The notes beneath the pieces are model-generated. The model was not told where the DNA came from, searched no databases, and saw only the letters and a program-made list of their open reading frames with translations. Both the position numbers and the translations under genes were made by a program. DNA of 63,976 nt, filler included, from Lenisia limosa (Eukaryota > Protista > Breviatea), in the NCBI GenBank assembly GCA_001655205.1. It is 17 parts of 17 records of this genome, joined end to end, with 100 filler letters (N's around TTAATTAATTAA, not from the genome) between each part and the next. Parts side by side here need not be neighbours in the genome. Positions count along the whole stretch, not along the records: positions 1 to 2,066 come from LPNZ01000492.1; positions 2,167 to 3,665 come from LPNZ01011571.1; positions 3,766 to 9,438 come from LPNZ01009506.1; 14 more parts are not named here. One strand, written 5' to 3'. Shown one piece after another: positions 1 to 9,438 of the stretch. How positions within the stretch are numbered: position 1 is the stretch's first letter; each line of letters opens with the position of its first letter.

Positions 1-73
1 TCAAACGAATATCATCACCAGCCCCACCCCCAAAATTAGATATGATGTATTCATTGGTTAACACCAGCCCCAC

Positions 74-1559
74 CGGAATCGCTTCCACTGTCCGATGACG
101 ATGAAGGTGATGCTGACCGTGAGCGTGTCCGTGAGCGATCTGATACTTGTTACGGGTAATAGATAATGATATGCGTTGGGATGGGGGTATCATTTGGGAA
201 AATTTATGAAACAAAAAAGCCCAAAATCAACTCTGTTGGCAACAGAAGACGTAAAACGAAGGAGATTTTGAGGGGGGGGGGGGTAATAGTTGTTAACGAT
301 AAAGTTAGTGGCAACAGTTCTGAAAGGAGTTCACCACAACATGTCCCATTTAAAATTGAAAGCTCTCGTTACTGTCTCGAGAATTCAGTCTTTTTTGGAA
401 CCAAAAGTGAAGCCCTAAAAGATACTCACCTTTCTCAGGGGTCCGGCTGCGGGATCTTCTTTCACGTAGAGGAGTCCTGTGGGGTAAAACAAAATAACAA
501 AAATAAAAAAGGAATGCTCGAAAAATAATAAAAAAACAAGAAGGTGGGAGGGTTTGGGAAACATATTATATGAATAATAAACAAGTCTTGCCATTTCAAC
601 CTCCTCATCCTGAGCACTTTTAACATCATGCTTACACTGACCGCGATAAGTCCTTATACTGACATTGAGCTTTAACTTTAGTCAATCATATCAGTACTTA
701 TCGCGGCCAATAAACATATTAATAAAAAGCCTTGGAGTGCCCACCTTCGTCTTGGCGATCTTGAGCGTCTACGGGGTGATCTTGAGTTTCTTCTGGGTGA
801 TCTTGAGTATCTTCTAGGCGATCTAGATGATCGTCTCCGAGGGGACCGGGATCTTCTAAGAGGTGAACTGGATGATCTTCTTCTGGGTGATCTTGAACGC
901 CGGGGCGAGGACCTTCTTCTTGGAGAGCGGGATCGTCTTTTGGGCGATTTGGAATATCTTCTTCTTGGTGATCTGGATGATCTTCTTGGCGATCTGGATG
1001 ATCTTCTTGGCGATCTGGATGATCTTCTTGGGGACCTGAGTTGTTTGAGAAAATGACAAGTCATTCATTTACCTAACAAACTAATGTGATTAGAACTATA
1101 TGATATAGAGATGAGAAATAAAATAAGGTTGTATCAGACCAAAGCCGTTCACACCATCACTCGTATTAAAGATTACATACTATAATAATGGATTTTTTCT
1201 ACGTCGTAGCTATCTTCTACCTTCGTATACACGAATGCTATTGGTCTTTATACATACTGAATACCGTATACATGTACAGTCTAGGGCTTCACTTTCGGTT
1301 CCAAAAAAAACTGAATTCTCGATAAATCCTCGAAAAATATCGATATTTTACAGGTGTTTCGGAACCGAAAGTGAAGCTCTAATAATACATACACTATGTA
1401 TTATAACATATACATGTATTATAACATGTTGTTACTGGTGAAAATCCAAGCATAATTAAAAAAACACAACGCTATTATTCATTCACTACTCTAACTCTTC
1501 ACTGTTCTAAAACAAACCTTGAATAATGGCGGCTCCCTCTTCCACGTCTCTCCGGAGCC
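74..1559 (-). CDS. SR/RS-repeat protein (splicing-factor-like low-complexity region), partial, >=4 exons
   Basis: Exons 1518-1559 (APERRGRGSRHYSR), ~745-1036 (RSPRRSS repeats), ~430-478 (RTPLRERRSRSRTPEK) and 74-139 (DRSRTRSRSASPSSSS) join in frame through GT-AG introns. No RRM is visible and the gene is truncated at both ends. Confidence 0.72.
1111..1185 (-). repeat. Dispersed repeat family C (atgagaaataaaataaggttgtatctggccgaagccgtccacaccatcac...)
   Basis: Matches copies at ~14206, 15208, 16408, 17061, 27830, 30592, 42850, 45258 and 46242. Confidence 0.75.
1283..1380. mobile_element. MITE family B (~95 bp, TIR AGGGCTTCACTTTCGGTTCC), intronic
   Basis: Left agggcttcactttcggttcc and right ggaaccgaaagtgaagctct are inverted repeats. 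The copy reads TA|GGG...CTC|TA. The same element recurs ~20 times in the window. Confidence 0.85.
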
Positions 1560-1632
1560 CTAAAATGTCAAAAAAACCAAATACTGGGGGTTTGAGATTA
1601 AGACAATAAGCATGAGAGCGGAGGATAATAAT

Positions 1633-2066
1633 AGGAAAACAGTATGCATGAGAGTAGAGAGGAAAACAGTATGCATTAGAGTAGAGGAAAACAGTATGCA
1701 TGAAAGTAGAGAGGAAAACAAAACAGTATGCATGAGAGTAGAGAGGAAAACAGTATGCATGAGAGTAGAGGAAAACAGGAAAACAGTATGCATGAGAGTA
1801 GAGGAAAACAGTATGCATAAGAGTAGAGAGGAAAATAATATGCATAAGAGTAGAGGAAAACAGTATGCATAAGAGTAGAGGAAAACAGTATGCATGAGAG
1901 TAGAGAGGAAAACAGTATGCATAAGAGTAGAGGAAAACAGTATGCATGAAAGTAGAGAGGAAAACAAAACAGAATGCATGAGAGTAGAGAGGAAAACAGT
2001 ATGCATGGAAAACAGTATGCATAAGAGTAGAGAGGAAAACAGTATGCATGAGAGTAGAGGAAAACA
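1633..2066. repeat. Intronic minisatellite, 25-27 bp unit GAGGAAAACAGTATGCAT(G/A)AGAGTA(GA), roughly 16 copies, runs into a gap
   Basis: Directly visible tandem array. It explains the repetitive ORFs called in several frames. Confidence 0.95.
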
Positions 2067-2110
2067 NNNNNNNNNNNNNNNNNNNNNNNNNNNNNNNNNN
2101 NNNNNNNNNN

Positions 2111-2122
2111 TTAATTAATTAA
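2111..2122. other. Artificial contig linker N-TTAATTAATTAA-N (six-frame stop spacer), first of 16
   Basis: An identical 12-mer centred in ~100-nt N blocks at 2111, 3710, 9483, 10674, 12351, 16836, 19658, 25551, 27026, 28132, 31300, 41391, 46186, 48760, 60903 and 62121. Confidence 0.97.
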
Positions 2123-2166
2123 NNNNNNNNNNNNNNNNNNNNNNNNNNNNNNNNNNNNNNNNNNNN

Positions 2167-3665
2167 AAGTTCGCAAATCCAAAGGCTGAGTCACTTGCGA
2201 GGTGTGTGAGGGTAGAAGGTAAAGGTAAATGTGATGATGCAGAAGGTACTCCAGTGACAAGGCCATAAGGCGAGATACATGTCCGTCAGTGATGAGTGCG
2301 GCAGCGGCATCCGGTGGCAGGTTGAGCTGACGGCGCTTGGCCTCAACTGCAGGGACGAAGTAGTCATGTACCCAGGTACAGAATGATTCGCAAGTCTGAA
2401 TTATGAAATGCAGCCCCGGTAATATTTTCCAATAATAATCACTCACTTGCCATCCATTTGGTGATTCGATGACCTTCGCGGAGTTGGTGTCGAGAATCGT
2501 CTTCTCAGACGAAACAGTCTTTTGGCCAAGCAAAAAGACAGGAGGAACCCTCGCATCATCGATAACAGTAGAATGAGAGCTAAACGTGTAACAATGGGAT
2601 GGATATTTAGAACCTCAACATTGGTATAGCTTACCCAATTGTGCCAATCAAAGTGATGTGGTTGGGAGGTGTAGCTGCTTTGGCGTAGGTTTTAGTTGCT
2701 TCAGCAAGAGTGATTACCTTGGTAGATGTTTCACTGGATACGTCAACCATACTCTCATCCATATTCCAGATCAATGAGGCGTTGATTTCAAGTTCATCAA
2801 TGGTTTTGCTCAGTGCATTCACGTGTTGCATCAGCCGCTCGGGAGTCAAAGCCTGTTCTCTTGACTTATCGAGTCGATTGGGGGTCTGTAATAAGTGAGA
2901 CAGCACACTTAGTATATGATTATAATTTATCCAAACATAATTTCCCAGCATACCACCACCTTAAAAACATCAGAATACTTGTCCATGAATGTCTTCAACC
3001 ATTGTTTAGTCGGAGGTGCGTCAGGAGGATCGGCAGAGTGTGTCTTGCAAATGTCAAAAACCTACAAGTTGTCATTCACCATATCTTAAATAATGAGGTT
3101 CATTTAACAATAAACCCTACCAGTTCACGGGTCTCTTTCATTGACAAGCTTTCGCCTCTCACAATGGATGAGGTGATATCTCGCAACACCATCTCAATGA
3201 GGTCAGGGTGCACATAAGGTTGCCCCCCATGCTTCTTGCGGATTCCAGTGTCCTTGTATTTTCTTATTTGCTTGCGACTGACCTGAAACCATTAAGATCG
3301 GACATGCTGGGGTTTTCTTATATCCTATTACAATGTACCTTGAGGAGAAAAGCGGCCGTTCTTTGACTAAGGTCTGAGTTAGTCACTCTTGCAAGGTGAA
3401 AGAGGGAACATATCTGTTCTTCAATTGCCATTTTGTAGAAACCCTCATTATGTCGGATTTCAATGCGAAGAGCTTCAAGTTTATGGCAGTCCTGTAATTG
3501 TAAAAATATCTACAGAGGTATAATAAAAACTAAACAGTACCCACATAATATTTGTATGGGACAAGAAGTAGCACATTACCTTTTGGGGAAGGAGATCAAA
3601 TCTATGAATTCCAACTCTATCGGCCATAATTGATGAATCGGATTCGTCGTTACAACTATATTAGT
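2167..3665 (-). mobile_element. pogo/Tigger/Fot1-like transposase (CENP-B-type HTH + DDE_1), intron-containing, truncated by contig ends
   Basis: Spliced protein has ...PTKQWLKTFMDKYS (HTH_Tnp_Tc5-like), IWNMDES, NGWQ|TCESFCTWVHDYF, LITDGHVSR and LYLLPSHTSQVTQPLD, which are DDE_1 catalytic motifs. Six GT-AG introns splice in frame with no stops (e.g. 2396-2446, 2580-2634). Confidence 0.85.
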
Positions 3666-3933
3666 NNNNNNNNNNNNNNNNNNNNNNNNNNNNNNNNNNN
3701 NNNNNNNNNTTAATTAATTAANNNNNNNNNNNNNNNNNNNNNNNNNNNNNNNNNNNNNNNNNNNNGAAACTGTATCACACCAAAAAAGGGGGTAAATGGG
3801 ATGAATAAAGACTGAAGAATTTAGTGTATTTGATCACCATTTGAGAAAAAAAAGCAAAACATTTACGAGTGTGAGCGATAACGGTATCAACTACCCTTCA
3901 CAGGCCAAATCCAATAGGTATTTAAGGGCAAAC

Positions 3934-6900
3934 CTGGGGAGACGTTACATTGGCAGGACCAGGAATACCATCATTGTCGATGTCGTTGAAGTNNNNNNNN
4001 NNNNNNNNNNNNNNNNNNNNNNNNNNNNNNNNNNNNNNNNNNNNNNNNNNNNNNNNNNNNNNNNNNNNNNNNNNNNNNNNNNNNNACACCTGAGATTGGT
4101 GTGTGCATCTAATGTAGTAAATAATAGGAATTTGTGTTGGCGCTGGAAGATTGTGATGCGACTGGTATAATCAATTGTATAGCTTTGGTGTACCCGAAAT
4201 GATAAACATAGCCCATCTTGTATCACAGGTGTCACCAAGGCCCCATAATAATTATAAACATACTATGCATACTTTTTTTTATTATTATTATTATATGATA
4301 TTAAAATATGTATACTATCATATATCATATGACATGCAAATATATTATATACTACTACATCAACTCCCGCCTTGTACATCAACTCCCACCTTGTTATCAC
4401 AGCTGTCACCGATGCCATCCCCGTCGAGGTCACTTGCCTCAAGGCCGTCTTTCACTCCACACAGATCGAAACACTCAATCCCGTCTCCTTTGTAGGGGGC
4501 TGCGGGGGGTAAGCGATTGGGGATAAGTAAGAGATTGTAGAGCAAGGAAATCGTTTTGAAGCGAGAAAACACAGCATAGATAAACAAAGCATATGGCTAG
4601 GTAAACATGGAATACATAGAGATAAACAAGGCATATCTGATACTATTACGATAAACAGAGCATAGTATTAACGACCCACAGTCGCATTCGCAGTAATGTC
4701 CGCCCGGGGTGTTGTGACACGTTGCATTGACCGCACATCCTCCATGGTTGATCTGGGGAGGGGGNNNNNNNNNNNNNNNNNNAAAACCCAAAATCAACTC
4801 TGTTGGCTGATAACACGTGACGGTTAATAACAACAAAACAAACAAAGCCCATGCCAGTCGCTTCTACAGCCGTTATTATCGTACTTCTGGTTATATAATC
4901 TCACGGATACGGGATTAACGCTACCCCCCCCCCATACATCACATTCATTGATGTCCTTGCAGGTGGTGTTGGCGGGCACTGACGGGTCCAATTCATAGCC
5001 CTCCGCACAGATACAATGGAAAGATGCGACTGGGGGAGAGGGGGTAAGATGGAAATTTATAGCTAAAAAGAGTCCAAAATCAACTATGTTGCTGACAACA
5101 CACGACGGTTGAAAATAAACAAAGCCCAAACCAGACGCTTCTGCAGCGCCGCATCCCATAATTCCAGCGGGGGAAACAATTGGATGACTAGCCCCACCCT
5201 CACCATCATTAACGCAAATAGCCTGAGAATCTAGGTCACAAGTGTGCATGAACTCAGGCTTTACAGTGGTGCACTCGTCAATATCAACACAATCTCTCTG
5301 ATTATCCACAAGCTCGTAGCCCGGATCGCAGGAACAAACGAAGCCGATTGTTGGGTGGTCAGGGTTGTCAAGCTCGTTCGGACATGACGTGTCACCGGGG
5401 AGGGGGACGCAGTTCTGGTAGGAGTAAAATTGGAAAATGAAACAAAAAAAAAACCCTCAACTCTTTTGGCTGCCAACACACGACGGTTGATAACAACANN
5501 NNNNNNNNNNNNNNNNNNNNNNNNNNNNNNNNNNNNNNNNNNNNNNNNNNNNNNNNNNNNNNNNNNNNNNNNNNNNNNNNNNNNNNNNNNNNNNNNNNNN
5601 NNNNNNNNNNNNNNNNNNNNNNNNNNNNNNNNNNNNNNNNNNNNNNNNNNNNNNNNNNNNNNNNNNNNNNNNNNNNNNNNNNNNNNNNNNNNNNNNNNNN
5701 NNNNNNNNNNNNNATATTGAATTATAGTATTTGCCTGACTACAACTCTGCAAACATAATATAATATACTATGATATAAACTAGTATGTATGAACATCACT
5801 TCTATCCAATAACATCACCACCCACTGTGCACTGATGGTGACAGGTTCCAAGCCCGTCATTAAAGGCACAGTTGTCAATGTCCTCGCAGGTGAAGCCGTC
5901 TCCTGTGTATCCCTGGGGGGGGGGGGNNNNNNNNNNNNNNNNNNNNNNNNNNNNNNNNNNNNNNNNNNNNNNNNNNNNNNNNNNNNNNNNNNNNNNNNNN
6001 NNNNNNNNNNNNNNNNNNNNNNNNNNNNNNNNNNNNNNNNNNNNNNNNNNNNNNNNNNNNNNNNNNNTTTTGAATAAAGACAATAGCACAGCTACAATAC
6101 CAATATTTCCAAAGAGAGAAATGACCAACAACATAATAAATAATCCTACCTGGGGGCACGGTGCGCAGTCGAAATGCCCTCCGCAGGGGTAGTTCCAACA
6201 CTCCAGGCTGGTGGGGTGAAGGGAAACTTTAAACAACTCACAATCTTGTGGGTAAAAAGTGAGGAACATGGAAAGAAATAACAACATAAAGCAAAACAAG
6301 GATAGTGGTGGATATGAGCTAGAACCAGCGATTCCCTCGTCGATAATTTATCTGTCTTAGAGAAGCTCTGGATATAACGAAGATAATTTTGGAGTTGAAG
6401 ACTTGATGATACAAAATGGCAGTAGCAGCAATTGCACTTTTACAAACAAGGAGCCACATACAAGCAAGGGTTGGGGTCACAATAGTCAATATCGACACAA
6501 TGGTTGGTGGAGTTCATTTCCATATGTTCAGGACAAGAACAAGAAAACATAGGCACGAGGTCGGAGCAAATCACTGAGGTGTTGGTACATTGTGAGATAG
6601 CATTGCAGTCGTGAGTACCCGTGGAACACTCGTCAATGTTCTGGGGGGNNNNNNNNNNNNNNNNNNNNNNNNNNNNNNNNNNNNNNNNNNNNNNNNNNNN
6701 NNNNNNNNNNNNNNNNNNNNNNNNNNNNNNNNNNNNNNNNNNNNNNNNNNNNNNNNNNNNNNNNNNNNNNNNNCAAACACGAGCAACCAACGCTAGACAA
6801 AAACTAGATGACAAAAATACAAAAACTCAGTATATTACCACTACTGTCTACACGTTGCCCAAAAAGCAAGAGGGGAGGAGAAGCAAAATTGGCATACCAG

Positions 6901-9438
6901 GCATTCAGTGAGATCAGTCAGCTCATAACCCTCGTCACATGTGCAGTAGAAGCTGCCAGGCGTGTTGTGGCTAAATTTGTCAATGTTGAAAGTCTCATTA
7001 AATCCTCTCTAAATATTGCTATTTTGACAATCTTTTTTGGACCATAGGGAAGCCTTAATTATTGGTCTTTATCATTTGCCTAGACTAATACGTAACAAGA
7101 ATAGGGGTCCACCAACAGAGTTTTGCTTAATTTCAGAAAAAGACTGAATTTCTCGATAAAACTGCGAAAACAATCGATACTTTACTAGTCTTTACGGGTA
7201 CAAAGTTGAAACCCTTCCAACCAGTTGTGTGGCTGACTGCACTTATTAGCGCCAATGGGGTCAAGTTCGCACTCGTCAATGTCCGTACTGGGGGGGGGGG
7301 GGGNNNNNNNNNNNNNNNNNNNNNNNNNNNNNNNNNNNNNNNNNNNNNNNNNNNNNNNNNNNNNNNNNNNNNNNNNNNNNNNNNNNNNNNNNNNNNNNNN
7401 NNNNNAAAGTTGCAACTCCAAGTGGAACAAACTCTCCTCAGCAGTATACCCCCCCACCAGGTAGCGGTGTAAGAGTCGCCAACGTATCCCTCGGGACACG
7501 GCGGGCAAATATACGACCCAATTAAGTTCTCGCAGACAACCTGGGGGTGGGGGTGACATAACTAAGAAGGAAACGCATAAAATCAATAAAATATACAACA
7601 GTAAGCAGAATGTCAGCAGAAGATCCAATACTCAGTAGAAGATCCAAGACTCAGCAGAGTATATTAAATAGTCGTCCCCCTTACCAGAGCGTCACATCCA
7701 CCATTATCTGTTTGTGTGCACTCGTTGATGTCTTTACAGGCGGTTTTACCTATAAGATCAGAGAGCTTCCTATTTGGATAAAAATATTGCATCAATTCGA
7801 ATACGATATATTTTCATTTTGATCCAAAACAACCCATTCCCATTCCCGCAGTTTCATACTATTATTTCAAATAGTCCCCGTAATGATCTGAAAAGTGACG
7901 TGCAGAGGAGGTACTTGATATTAATCTCTCAAAGTTTTCACAAATAAGTTTACAGACTACAAAAGAAGTGAAATGTGGTGTAAGGGAAAGTACGTCGCCG
8001 CAGTTCTGATGATGCTGTTTAGGCTGTGGTAGGAGGATGATGATGCTGTGTAAGCCACCATCCCTACCCGATGATATTAAATTCCCCAAAGATTCACCTC
8101 CATTCCCATTGCCAAAGATTCATACCCGTTCCAGAGTAGCCGTCAGGACAGGGTGAGCACTCGAAGGAGCCTGCAGTATTGGTGCAGTTGGTCAGAACGT
8201 CACAGGGGTCCAGTAAACACTCGTCGTCGTCTGGAGGGTGAGGTTTGGGATACGATGTGGGATTATGTATGGGGAGGGCGGGTAAAACTGATTTATCTAC
8301 TTCCCAGCCCATACCAATATGTGATATGCATACCGATACAGGTGAACAGGTCGGGTTGCAAGGTGAATCCACTATTGCATTCACAGGAGAAAGTTCCGGG
8401 GGAGTTCACACAGACCTACAGACGTTATCATTCTTCATAATGTATAATATAGAGAGATGTATCAAGTCATTATTTGCGTCTTATTCTGTTTTTTCTTTGC
8501 TTTGTTGTTCTCAGCCCTTGTGTGTTGCTTGCCAACAGAGTTGATTTTGGGCTTTTTTTGTCTCATGAATTTTACAATTTTACGTCCTCTCCCCTCCCCC
8601 TTGTTTTGTTCCATAATTCCGCCCACCTGGTCACAGATATTGAGAGCCTCATCGGCACACTCATCGATATCGACACACGAGTCCTTATCCAAGGGGTCGA
8701 CTGAATAGCCCTCGTGACAGGAGCAGATGTAACTTCCGGGTGTATTCTCACATATCTAAGGGGGGGGGGGNNNNNNNNNNNNNNNNNNNNNNNNNNNNNN
8801 NNNNNNNNNNNNNNNNNNNNNNNNNNNNNNNNAACCAAATAATCTGAAACTCCAAACACAAAACAAAACAAAAAAACACACAGTCATATTTATGAGGGTG
8901 CTCATTTGATGTGAAATTGCAGGGGTGATGGTTCATAATACTTTAAATATGATAATCTTCGACAGTCCCCCCTCCCACTTGTCTGCAGGGAACTTCAAGT
9001 ATGCATTCATCACGTTCGATACAGATGGACCCGTCGCCGTCGTAACCCGAGGGGCATGGCGAGCATGTTCCTGACGACGTGGTGTACATGAAGGATAACT
9101 CTTGGATTGCTGATAGTCTGGGGGGGGGGGGNNNNNNNNNNNNNNNNNNNNNNNNNNNNNNNNNNNNNNNNNNNNNNNNNNNNNNNNACAAATCAGTTGG
9201 CTGACAACACACAAGGGCTAATAACAACAAAACAAAACCAGTCAAATTGGTAAATTTTGAAAATCAAGGTCCAAAATCTACTCTTCTCTAAAAAAACAAC
9301 TCGATTGACTATAAAATTGAGAGAGTGCTCGGTAGGTTTAGCCAGACCCACGAGTTAGTAACACCGACGAGGGCATTTGGAGAGAACGGTGCCATTGAGG
9401 TCAGTTTGAGGCCTTCTCCCAGTGAGCCGGCAGGGGCT
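3934..9438 (-). CDS. Large extracellular protein with many Ca-binding EGF repeats followed by thrombospondin type-3-like Asp-rich repeats, partial
   Basis: Spliced exons give repeated DIDEC/DINEC...C..N...G.(Y/F).C.C..GY units, e.g. DINECD|[23 protein letters not shown] and [35 protein letters not shown]. Exon 4390-4499 has [13 protein letters not shown] and exon 3934-3992 has NDIDNDGIP. Confidence 0.87.
4753..4872 (-). mobile_element. Family A repeat ending at 3' splice acceptor (intron 4753-4937)
   Basis: Minus strand: ...gcgactggcatgggctttgtttgttttgttgtt...gccaacagagttgattttgggtttt[N]ccccctccccAG|atcaaccat (exon INHGG). Confidence 0.8.
5030..5169 (-). mobile_element. Family A repeat, near full length, ending at acceptor (intron 5030-5203)
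   Basis: gctggaattatgggatgcggcgctgcagaagcg...taaatttccatcttaccccctctcccccAG|tcgcatct; the exons join in frame as D-V-A-S-F-H-C. Confidence 0.85.
5415..5498 (-). mobile_element. Family A repeat ending at acceptor
   Basis: ...ttttccaattttactcctaccAG|aactgcgtc (exon NCVPLPG). Confidence 0.8.
8495..8601 (+). mobile_element. Family A repeat, antisense to host gene, G-rich end close to the donor
   Basis: Plus strand gccaacagagttgattttgggc...ttttacgtcctctcccctccccc inside a minus-strand EGF-gene intron whose donor lies ~25 nt from the run. Confidence 0.8.
9118..9245 (-). mobile_element. Family A repeat ending at acceptor (centre in gap)
   Basis: C-run+AG at 9118; the element body (ttggctgacaacacacaagggctaataacaacaaaacaaa) resumes after the N gap. 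Confidence 0.7.

Noticed and set aside
1507-2118. Overlapping 64-180 aa ORFs rich in MHTVFL / KTVCMRVE
   Set aside because: They are products of the minisatellite; the real exon here is 1518-1559.
2067-2166. TTAATTAATTAA palindrome repeated 16 times as a possible biological motif
   Set aside because: It is always centred in a ~100-nt N block and gives stops in all six frames, so it is an artificial contig spacer.
4212-4240. GLGDTCD as an extra TSP3 exon
   Set aside because: There is no AG acceptor upstream, and the sequence is a degraded copy of the end of exon 4390-4499.
5905-5926. Poly-G/poly-C runs next to N gaps as pure sequencing artefacts
   Set aside because: Run lengths beside gaps may be inflated, but equivalent runs occur in fully resolved sequence (4924, 5031, 36936, 46697, 49870, 54109) and sit at frame-consistent splice sites.
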